59,160 nt of DNA, taken from the NCBI GenBank assembly GCA_032161105.1, contig JAVHTD010000019.1. One strand, 5' to 3'. Below the pieces are notes generated by a model. It did not search any database and was not told where the DNA came from. It saw nothing but the letters and a program-made list of their open reading frames with translations. The position numbers were made by a program, and so were the translations under genes. Below are positions 51,487 to 59,160 of this stretch, in pieces. Numbering within the stretch: position 1 is the first letter of the stretch; every line of letters starts with the position of its first letter. This DNA is from Candidatus Thermosaccharophagus tengchongensis (GTDB taxonomy: Bacteria; Armatimonadota; Fervidibacteria; Fervidibacterales; Thermosaccharophagaceae).

Positions 51487-53586
51487 ATGAAGATGCGTAG
51501 TCGTTGTTTCGTCCATGTTGTGGCAAGTCTTGGGGGCGCCTTGTGGCGCAAGTTTGTGGCGTGCATTGGAGTGTTGGTTGCACGTCTTTTCTCGCCATCT
51601 CTTGCCGAGGAACGCCCCGTGCTCATCCTACAAACAGGGCACACCAATGCGGTGTTTAGCGTATCCTTTAGTCCGGACGGAAGGACGATAGCTTCGGGAA
51701 GCTTTGACGAAACGGTCATTCTTTGGGATGCAGAAACTGGTGAGATGAGGTGGAAGTTGAAGGGGCACACTAATGATGTGACGAGCGTGTCCTTCAGTCC
51801 AGATGGAAGGACGGTAGCTTCGGGAAGCTGGGACGAAACGGTCATTCTTTGGGATGCAGAAACTGGCAAGATGAGGCTGAAGTTGAAGGGACACACCGAT
51901 TTGGTAACGAGCGTATCCTTCAGTCCAGATGGAAGGACGATAGCTTCGGGAAGTAATGACGACACGGTCATCCTTTGGGATGCAGAAACGGATAAGATGA
52001 AGCGGATGTTGAAGGGGCACACCCGTTGGGTGGAGAGTGTATCCTTCAGTCCAGACGGAAGGACGATAGCATGGGGAGGCAGGGACTGCACAGTCATCCT
52101 TTGGGATGCTAAAACTGGTGAGAAGAGGTGGACGCTTTATGGGCACACCGGTTGGGTGTTGAGCGTATCCTTCAGTCCGGATGGAAGGACGATAGCTTCG
52201 GGAAGCAATGACAAAACGGTCATCCTTTGGGATGCAGAAACTGGTAAGATGAGGCGGATGTTGAAGGGGCACACCGATTCGGTGAATAGCGTATCCTTCA
52301 GTCCGGATGGAAGGATGATAGCTTCGGGAAGCAATGACAAAACGGTCATTCTTTGGGATGCAGAAACTGGTAAGATGAGGCGGATGTTGAAGGGGCACAC
52401 CGATTCGGTGAATAGCGTATCCTTCAGTCCGGATGGAAGGACGACAGCTTCGGGGAGCTTTGACAACACGGTCATTCTTTGGGATGCAGAAACTGGTAAG
52501 ATGAGGCGGAAGTTGGAGGGACACACCGGTTCGGTGATGAGCGTATCCTTCAGTCCGGATGGAAGGACGATAGCTTCGGGAAGCAAGGACAACACGGTCA
52601 TCCTTTGGGATGCTGAAACGGGTGAGATGAGGCGGATGTTGAAGGGGCACACCGATTCGGTGAATAGCGTATCCTTCAGTCCAGATGGAAGGACGATAGC
52701 TTCGGGAAGCTGGGACAACACAGTCATCCTTTGGGATGCAGAAACTGGTGAGATGAGGCGGAAGTTGGTGGGACACATCTGGCTGGTGACGAGCGTATCC
52801 TTCAGTCCGGATGGAAGGACGATAGCTTCGGGAAGCGGAGACAAAACGGTCATCCTTTGGGATGCAGAAACTGGTAAGATGAGAGGGATGTTGGGATGGC
52901 GCACCTTGGCGGTGGAGGGCGTATCCTTCAGTCCGGATGGAAGGACGATAGCTTCGGGAAGCAGTGACAAAACTGTCATTCTTTGGGATGCAGAAACTGG
53001 TGAGATGAGGCGGATGTTGGTGGGGCACAGTGGTTGGGTGAATAGCGTATCCTTCAGTCCAGACGTAAGGACGATAGCTTCAGGAAGCACTGACAACACG
53101 ATCATTCTTTGGGATGTTGAAACTGGTGAGATAAGGCGGAAGTTGGTGGGGCACACCGGTGGTGTGAATAGCGTATCCTTCAGTCCGGATGGAAGGACAA
53201 TAGCTTCGGGAAGCAATGACAAAACGGTCATTCTTTGGGATGCAGAAACTGGTGAGATGAGGCGGATGTTGGAGGGGCACACCGGTTCGGTGACGAGCGT
53301 ATCCTTCAGTCCAGACGGAAGGACGATAGTTTCGGGAAGCCGTGATGGCACAGTTCGCCTGTGGGATGTGGCTACTGGCAGGGAAATTGCCACCTTCATC
53401 AGCATTGATGCAGGTCAGGATTGGCTTGTTACCACTCCAGAAGGCTACTACAATGCCTCTCCAAATGGCGACAGGTTCGTTCGGTGGCTTGTAGGCAACA
53501 AACTCTATCCAGCAGAGAAATTCTCCAATCAGTTCAAGCGTCCAGACATTGTTGCGAAGGCGCTTAGAGGCGAGAAAATTCCGTAG
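51487..53586 (+). CDS. Secreted WD40 protein with 14 highly similar repeats (probably two 7-bladed propellers)
   Basis: Signal-like N-terminus; 14 copies of GH…SVSFSPDGRTIASGSxDxTVILWD; tail DWLVTTPEGYYNAS. Confidence 0.95.
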   Translation: MKMRSRCFVHVVASLGGALWRKFVACIGVLVARLFSPSLAEERPVLILQTGHTNAVFSVSFSPDGRTIASGSFDETVILWDAETGEMRWKLKGHTNDVTSVSFSPDGRTVASGSWDETVILWDAETGKMRLKLKGHTDLVTSVSFSPDGRTIASGSNDDTVILWDAETDKMKRMLKGHTRWVESVSFSPDGRTIAWGGRDCTVILWDAKTGEKRWTLYGHTGWVLSVSFSPDGRTIASGSNDKTVILWDAETGKMRRMLKGHTDSVNSVSFSPDGRMIASGSNDKTVILWDAETGKMRRMLKGHTDSVNSVSFSPDGRTTASGSFDNTVILWDAETGKMRRKLEGHTGSVMSVSFSPDGRTIASGSKDNTVILWDAETGEMRRMLKGHTDSVNSVSFSPDGRTIASGSWDNTVILWDAETGEMRRKLVGHIWLVTSVSFSPDGRTIASGSGDKTVILWDAETGKMRGMLGWRTLAVEGVSFSPDGRTIASGSSDKTVILWDAETGEMRRMLVGHSGWVNSVSFSPDVRTIASGSTDNTIILWDVETGEIRRKLVGHTGGVNSVSFSPDGRTIASGSNDKTVILWDAETGEMRRMLEGHTGSVTSVSFSPDGRTIVSGSRDGTVRLWDVATGREIATFISIDAGQDWLVTTPEGYYNASPNGDRFVRWLVGNKLYPAEKFSNQFKRPDIVAKALRGEKIP
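51637..53400 (+). repeat. 14 x 126-bp intragenic tandem repeat
   Basis: Recurring blocks AGCGTATCCTTCAGTCCRGAYGGAAGGACG and CTTTGGGATGCAGAAAC at a 126-bp period. Confidence 0.95.
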
Positions 53587-53726
53587 GATTTTCCTTTCAT
53601 GCCATAGAGCGTGCGCTGTCAATTGTGCCCATTGAGGTTGAATGTGGTGTGTTTGGTTCAAAATCACGGTGATGCTTTGAACCTGCACTGAGTGGCTGTC
53701 TTGAGTGGTGAAATTGTGAGAGTCTC

Positions 53727-53802
53727 GTAGGGGCGCATGGAATGCGCCCGAAATGCGCCCGAAATGCGCCCGAAAAGGCGGGCAGGTTTCACCTGCCCCT
53801 AC
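53727..53802. repeat. GTAG-type REP doublet with one extra 11-bp unit
   Basis: Same architecture as 51317-51381; right arm is GGGCAGGTTTCACCTGCCC-CTAC. Confidence 0.85.
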
Positions 53803-53956
53803 TGATCCAACTGTAATGTAGCACCGCTTTGTAGAGGGGCTTTGGTCCCGACATCCATTTCGCTCATACAGAGATTAATAGGCGCGTTCGTTATTGGCTT
53901 CTTTTGCGGTTAAGGCTTTACAGTGAAAGACGCTAAGTTGGGTGAGGTGCAGAGAA

Positions 53957-54040
53957 ATGAACCAAACCATCGTGTGCCAAAAGTTTGATGTTGGCATGGA
54001 GCGCTACTGCTTACGGTCAAATCATCGGGGGAAGTGTTAG
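53957..54040 (+). other. Small ORF (27 aa, MNQTIVCQKFDVGMERYCLRSNHRGKC) in the mgtA leader
   Basis: SD-like GAGGTG upstream; in-frame ATG to TAG. Confidence 0.3.
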
Positions 54041-54150
54041 GCCAAGCGAAACAGTTGCAACCTGATGCCCACTTCCATCGCTAAGAGGTTATGAGGTGAA
54101 AAGTTTATCGCATGAATTGAGCAAATCATGAATGAGGAGGATGACAAAGC

Positions 54151-56712
54151 ATGCGAGTGGAAGGTTCTACTCAAAAGGAGGCAGCGTCATACCGACTGAG
54201 TCCCAGCGCCTTCTGGAGCCTTCCCATAGAAGATCTCCTGCAGACGCTGGCGACAAGTGAGATGGGATTGTCGGCTGAGGAGGCTGCTGCGCGGCTTAAG
54301 CGATTCGGTCCGAATACCTTGGGCCAGCGCCAGCGTTCCAATGTGCCACGGCTCCTGTTGCGACAGTTCACCAGCCCCATCATTTTGATTCTCATCGCCG
54401 CCGCATGCCTTTCTTTCGTCCTGCGCGATCCCACAGACGGCGCTATCATCCTTGGCATCGTTCTTGTCAGCGGTCTGCTTGGCTTCTGGCAAGAGCATGC
54501 CGCGGCCACAGCGGTTGAGAAGTTACTTGAGACAGTTGAGTTAAAGGCTACAGTGCTGCGCGATGGACGACCAGTTGAGATTCCAACCGACGAACTTGTG
54601 CCGGGCGATATTGTCCTCCTCTCGGCTGGCTCTGCTATCCCTGCCGATTGTCGACTACTTTCTGCACAGGACCTCTTTGTGGATGAGGCAGCATTGACTG
54701 GTGAGAGTTACCCTGTGCGCAAGAGCCCAGGAATTGTGTCCCCAGAAGCACCACTCACACAGCGGTCAAATGCGCTTTTCATGGGCACCCATGTGGTGAG
54801 CGGCAGTGGCAAAGCAATGGTAGTGCTCACAGGTCAGGCAACGGAGTTCGGCGGGATCTCCCAATCGCTGCAGGTCAGTGCACCGGAGACAGAGTTTGAG
54901 CGTGGCGTGCGACACTTCGGATATTTACTGCTTGAGGTGACGCTAATTCTGGTGATTCTGATTTTCGCCTTCAATGTGTATTTCCAGCGGCCCATCTTGG
55001 ATTCCTTCCTTTTCGCACTTGCGCTGGCAGTGGGGCTCACACCCCAACTCCTTCCTGCCATCATTAGCGTCAATCTGGCAAAGGGCGCGCGGCAGTTGGC
55101 AGAACAGAAGGTCATTGTCAAGCGTTTAGCAGCGATTGAAAACTTTGGAAGCATGAATGTGCTCTGCGCGGATAAGACGGGCACGCTGACGGCAGGCCGG
55201 ATGCAAGTGCATAAAGCCATCGGCCCAGATGGGCAAGAGAGCGAGCGCGTGCTCTTTTACGCCTACCTCAATGCCGTTTATGAGACGGCGTTCACCAATC
55301 CAATTGACGAAGCGATTCGTTCCTACCGGGCGTTCGCTCTGGATGGTTGGCGTAAGTTGGGCGAGGTGCCCTTCGACTTTGAACGCAAACGCCTTAGCGT
55401 GTTGGTTGAGCACCAAGGTCAGGCTCTCCTTGTTACGAAGGGCGCTGTCCATAGTGTGCTTCAGATTTGCATTACGGCGCAACTTGCGGACGGCAGTGAG
55501 CGACCAGTTGCAGACCTGCTTGACACGATTGAACGACTCTATACCGAGTTAAGCGGACAGGGATACCGCACTCTCGGAGTGGCTGTGAGAGAATGGGACG
55601 GAGCAAAACCGATTGACCGCAATTCTGAGGTGGACATGACCTTTCTCGGTCTGTTGGCATTAGCCGATCCACTGAAACCAGGGATCGCCGCTGTTGTGGA
55701 AGGACTCGGTCGGTTGGGCGTGCGACTCAAGATGATCACCGGTGATAATGCCCTGGTTGCCGCACGGGTAGGCGCTCAGGTCGGGTTGAACGCTACGCGT
55801 GTGCTGACCGGCACAGAACTGCACGCTTTGAGTGACGAGGCTTTGTGGGTGCGCGTGCGAGAGACAGATATTTTCGCAGAGGTCGAGCCTCATCAAAAGG
55901 AACGCATTATCCGTGCTCTCCGCAAGGCTGGATATGTGGTGGGCTACATGGGTGACGGCATCAATGATGCTCCGGCCTTGCACGCAGCGGATGTCTCAAT
56001 TTCCGTCCAAGAAGCAGTGGATGTAGCCAGAGAGACCGCAGACATTGTGCTGCTTGAACGCGATCTCTCTGTGCTGGAGGTAGGGATACGCGAGGGGCGG
56101 CGCACCTTCGCCAATACGCTCAAGTATGTCTTCATGGCGACAAGCGCGAACTTCGGCAACATGTTCAGCATGGCTGGCGCCTCGCTATTCCTGCCCTTCT
56201 TGCCACTCCTACCAAAACAAATCCTGTTGACCAACCTCCTCACCGATTTCCCAGAGATGACGATCGCCACTGACCGAGTGGATCCAGACTGGATTGAGCG
56301 TCCTCGCCGTTGGAATGTCCACTTCATCCGTAGTTTCATGCTCACTTTCGGCTTAGTAAGTTCATTGTTTGACTACCTGACCTTTGGTGTTCTGCTGTGG
56401 GTGCTGAACGCCGGGCCGGACAAGTTCCGCACTGGTTGGTTCGTCGAGTCAGTGGTGTCTGCGGCAACAATTGTGTTAGTCCTTCGCACCCGTGGACCAT
56501 TTTGGCGTAACCGTCCATCATTGCCGTTACTCCTCACGACTGTGCTGGTAGTAGTGGCAACCATCTCACTACCTTACAGCCCGCTAAGTGTGCCCTTCGG
56601 CTTTGTGCCTCTGCCACCACTCTTCCTTACGGTGCTTGCAGTGATTGTGCTCACTTACGCTTTGACCGCCGAATTTGCTAAACGGTGGTTCTACAGGAAG
56701 TCTTCATACTGA
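54151..56712 (+). CDS. mgtA: Magnesium-translocating P-type ATPase
   Basis: LTGES, AVGLTP.LLP, DKTGTLT, TKGA, MITGDN, GDGIND and SANFGNMFS (type IIIB). Confidence 0.93.
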   Translation: MRVEGSTQKEAASYRLSPSAFWSLPIEDLLQTLATSEMGLSAEEAAARLKRFGPNTLGQRQRSNVPRLLLRQFTSPIILILIAAACLSFVLRDPTDGAIILGIVLVSGLLGFWQEHAAATAVEKLLETVELKATVLRDGRPVEIPTDELVPGDIVLLSAGSAIPADCRLLSAQDLFVDEAALTGESYPVRKSPGIVSPEAPLTQRSNALFMGTHVVSGSGKAMVVLTGQATEFGGISQSLQVSAPETEFERGVRHFGYLLLEVTLILVILIFAFNVYFQRPILDSFLFALALAVGLTPQLLPAIISVNLAKGARQLAEQKVIVKRLAAIENFGSMNVLCADKTGTLTAGRMQVHKAIGPDGQESERVLFYAYLNAVYETAFTNPIDEAIRSYRAFALDGWRKLGEVPFDFERKRLSVLVEHQGQALLVTKGAVHSVLQICITAQLADGSERPVADLLDTIERLYTELSGQGYRTLGVAVREWDGAKPIDRNSEVDMTFLGLLALADPLKPGIAAVVEGLGRLGVRLKMITGDNALVAARVGAQVGLNATRVLTGTELHALSDEALWVRVRETDIFAEVEPHQKERIIRALRKAGYVVGYMGDGINDAPALHAADVSISVQEAVDVARETADIVLLERDLSVLEVGIREGRRTFANTLKYVFMATSANFGNMFSMAGASLFLPFLPLLPKQILLTNLLTDFPEMTIATDRVDPDWIERPRRWNVHFIRSFMLTFGLVSSLFDYLTFGVLLWVLNAGPDKFRTGWFVESVVSAATIVLVLRTRGPFWRNRPSLPLLLTTVLVVVATISLPYSPLSVPFGFVPLPPLFLTVLAVIVLTYALTAEFAKRWFYRKSSY

Positions 56713-56860
56713 GTATGGGTGTGTATTTGCATGCTATCGCCATTCTAATGGGTTGTGGCTAAAGTCGCTACATTTGCGCTATATGTGGTTCATGAAATGC
56801 ACCACAAAATGGGCGAATTATCACCCCTTATTGATTGCAAACAAGTGAGTCAAAATTTTT

Positions 56861-56884
56861 CGGGCGGGTTTCACCCGCCCCTAC
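56861..56884. repeat. Right-half REP element (CGGGCGGGTTTCACCCGCCCCTAC)
   Basis: Identical to the right arm of 51317-51381. Confidence 0.8.
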
Positions 56885-56915
56885 GATGGGTGTGTCTTTG
56901 AGGGAGTGAGGAAGG

Positions 56916-59160
56916 ATGTATGTGAATGACCCAATCTACTTGACACCACCAGAGCAAGTTGCGGCAATTTGTGGCGGCTATTGTAGTGACCCGTTTGCGG
57001 TTTTGGGCATGCACATTGTTGATATTGGGGCGGGGGACGAGGGACGAGGGGCGAGTTGGGAGATTTTTTCGCCCCACGCTCCATACCCCGCGTCCCGAGT
57101 TGTTACTGTTCGGGCATTTTACCCGTTCGCTGAAAGCATGGCAGTTCGTGCCCTTGACACAAATGAAGTTGTGCCAATGCGAAGAATTCACCCAGACGGT
57201 TTCTTTGAAGCAGTTTTTTGGGAACGGAGTGAGCCGTTTCCGTATAGGCTCATCTTAACGGACGGGACGGGGGACGCGGGACGAGGGACGAAGGAGTTTT
57301 ATGACCCATATGCGTTTCCTTTGCTGCTGAGCGATTTTGACCTGCACTTGATTGCCGAAGGCAACCATTTTCGCTTGTGGCAAGTTTTAGGCGCACATAT
57401 CGTTGAGGTTACCCCCAACTTTCCAATCACTGATCCCCAGTCCCTGATCCCTGCCGTTCGTGGGGTTCGCTTTGCCGTTTGGGCGCCTAATGCATTGCGA
57501 GTCAGTGTCGTTGGAGATTTCAACCGCTGGGACGGGCGAGTCCATCCAATGCGCTTCCGTCACGAGGCTGGAATTTGGGAGTTGTTTTTACCTGAAGAGG
57601 TTTTGGGTGGAACGGAAGGGTTGCTTTACAAGTTTGAAGTGAAAGGACGCTACGCCGACTACCTACAATTGAAGGCTGACCCCTTAGGCTTTTACCATGA
57701 AGTTCGTCCAAAGTCGGCATCAATCGTTTGGGATATCGGTCGTTACCAATGGAACGATGGTGAATGGCTTGCTCGTCGCCGAGAGATTCAGCGACTTGAC
57801 AAACCTATCAGCATCTACGAAGTCCACCTCGGTTCGTGGCGGCGGGTTCAAGAACCCGATGGCAGTTGGCGTTGGATGACTTACCGAGAATTGGCGGAGC
57901 AACTTGTGCCGTATGTGAAGGACATGGGTTTCACGCACATTGAGTTGTTGCCAGTGATGGAGCATCCCCTTGACGAATCTTGGGGTTACCAAGTAACGGG
58001 CTATTTTGCTCCGACTTCACGCTACGGAACTCCCGAAGATTTCAAAGCCTTCATTGATGCTTGCCACCAAGCGGGGTTGGGTGTCATTTTGGATTGGGTT
58101 CCCGCTCATTTTCCGAAGGACATGCATGGGCTCGTTTTCTTTGACGGGACGAACCTTTACGAATATGGCGATTGGCGAGGTGACCACCCCGATTGGCATA
58201 CGAAAGTTTTCAACTTCGGTCGCAATGAAGTCCGCAACTTTTTGATAGCCAGCGCCCTCTTCTGGTTGCTTGAGTATCATGCTGACGGTTTGCGAATTGA
58301 TGCCGTTGCTTCAATGCTTTACCTTGACTATTCACGCAAGCCGGGAGAATGGCAGCCGAACATTTACGGTGGTAACGAGCACCTTGAAGCCATTGATTTC
58401 TTGAAGCGGCTCAATGAAGTTGTGCATGAACAGGTTCCGGGCATCTTGATGGTTGCTGAGGAATCAACGGCATGGCCAATGGTGACTCGTCCGACTTATG
58501 TCGGTGGGCTTGGCTTTGATTTCAAGTGGAACATGGGCTGGATGCATGACACGCTCTTTTACTTCAGCAAAGACCCCATTTACCGCAAATATCATCACGG
58601 TGCCTTGACTTTTTCGCTTTGGTATGCCTTCAGCGAAAACTTCATTTTGCCGCTTTCCCACGATGAAGTCGTTCACGAAAAAGCGAGTTTGCTCGGCAAG
58701 ATGCCGGGCGACCTTTGGCAAAAGTTCGCGAACTTGCGTGCTCTGTTTGGTTACATGTGGGCGCACCCCGGCAAAAAACTTCTTTTCATGGGCGGCGAGA
58801 TCGCACAGTGGCGCGAATGGGATTACGCATCAAGCGTTGACTGGCACTTGTTGCAGTGGGAGAGCCATCAAGGTGTTCAACGGCTTGTCCGAGATTTGAA
58901 TTGGCTTTACCGAAACGAACCTGCATTGCACGAGTGGGATTGCGACCACAGGGGTTTTGAATGGATTGACTTTTCCGATGCCGACAATTCAGTCATCTCC
59001 TTTGTGCGCTGGGCAAAAGATTGGCGAGACTGCGTCGTTGTGGTTTGCAATTTCACGCCCGTCGTTCGGCACGACTATCGTATCGGCGTTCCATTCGGTG
59101 GAGTCTGGAAGGAAGTTCTCAATACTGACTGGCAGCGATATGGAGGGACAAGGGACGAGG
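56916..59160 (+). CDS. glgB: 1,4-alpha-glucan branching enzyme (runs off the window end, so absent from the ORF track)
   Basis: Manual translation: [82 protein letters not shown]; no stop before 59160. Confidence 0.95.
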   Translation, partial: MYVNDPIYLTPPEQVAAICGGYCSDPFAVLGMHIVDIGAGDEGRGASWEIFSPHAPYPASRVVTVRAFYPFAESMAVRALDTNEVVPMRRIHPDGFFEAVFWERSEPFPYRLILTDGTGDAGRGTKEFYDPYAFPLLLSDFDLHLIAEGNHFRLWQVLGAHIVEVTPNFPITDPQSLIPAVRGVRFAVWAPNALRVSVVGDFNRWDGRVHPMRFRHEAGIWELFLPEEVLGGTEGLLYKFEVKGRYADYLQLKADPLGFYHEVRPKSASIVWDIGRYQWNDGEWLARRREIQRLDKPISIYEVHLGSWRRVQEPDGSWRWMTYRELAEQLVPYVKDMGFTHIELLPVMEHPLDESWGYQVTGYFAPTSRYGTPEDFKAFIDACHQAGLGVILDWVPAHFPKDMHGLVFFDGTNLYEYGDWRGDHPDWHTKVFNFGRNEVRNFLIASALFWLLEYHADGLRIDAVASMLYLDYSRKPGEWQPNIYGGNEHLEAIDFLKRLNEVVHEQVPGILMVAEESTAWPMVTRPTYVGGLGFDFKWNMGWMHDTLFYFSKDPIYRKYHHGALTFSLWYAFSENFILPLSHDEVVHEKASLLGKMPGDLWQKFANLRALFGYMWAHPGKKLLFMGGEIAQWREWDYASSVDWHLLQWESHQGVQRLVRDLNWLYRNEPALHEWDCDHRGFEWIDFSDADNSVISFVRWAKDWRDCVVVVCNFTPVVRHDYRIGVPFGGVWKEVLNTDWQRYGGTRDE
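57027..57096. repeat. Heptamer-built imperfect palindrome inserted in frame in glgB
   Basis: GGGGCGG GGGACGA GGGACGA GGGGCGA, spacer, TCGCCCC ACGCTCC ATACCCC GCGTCCC. Confidence 0.8.
57264..57291 (+). repeat. Four G-rich heptamers in frame in glgB
   Basis: GGGACGG GGGACGC GGGACGA GGGACGA. Confidence 0.85.
57422..57449 (+). repeat. Second heptamer family (TCCAATC ACTGATC CCCAGTC CCTGATC) in glgB
   Basis: 7-bp periodicity; encodes [10 protein letters not shown]. Confidence 0.6.
59145..59160 (+). repeat. Start of another heptamer tract in glgB (GGGACAA GGGACGA GG…), cut by the window edge
   Basis: Follows the conserved NTD…YGG segment. Confidence 0.65.

Noticed and set aside
51637..53400. CRISPR-like periodicity, or a diversity-generating retroelement target
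   Set aside because: The repeats are in-frame WD40 coding units with no unique spacers or cas genes; variation is not confined to adenines, and no reverse transcriptase or template repeat is in the window
51474..53688. Long minus-strand ORFs (207, 466, 422 and 202 aa) over the WD40 gene
   Set aside because: Antisense shadows: a stop-free 126-bp unit repeated 14 times leaves other frames open, and the translations are not protein-like

Overview
A 59 kb bacterial chromosomal segment. Gene content (Ogg2-type glycosylase, family-4 UDG, many secreted carbohydrate-type proteins) suggests a thermophilic, polysaccharide-using organism; an Armatimonadota/Fervidibacter-like lineage is my impression only. 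The centre (~9.5-50 kb) is largely housekeeping and signalling: fliA-like sigma, lon/hsp20, nrdR, a two-component pair, ligA, udg, yebC, GGDEF and HD-GYP proteins, two PrsA-like foldases, mazG, ogg, rng, a NuoE plus NuoG/GltD-like oxidoreductase, a PfkB kinase, a divergent sigma54-like factor and a xylose-isomerase-like gene. The flanks look accessory: an MvaI-like m4C methyltransferase and large secreted GH-like proteins on the left; uroD-like, WD40, mgtA and glgB genes on the right. The best signals are ones the ORF track misses. (1) A redoxin whose UGA stop is probably selenocysteine, with a SECIS-like hairpin just past the true stop. (2) GTAG-type REP doublets and half-doublets that separate three unrelated genes like cassettes. 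(3) A secreted 14-repeat WD40 protein with near-identical scaffold DNA and a few hypervariable positions. (4) G-rich heptamer repeats inserted in frame at several places in glgB and in another gene. (5) A sigma54-like protein with altered DNA-recognition motifs. (6) A missing NuoF subunit with a possible scar. I found no rRNA, tRNA, CRISPR array or transposase. All family calls come from motif recognition by eye; no searches were run.
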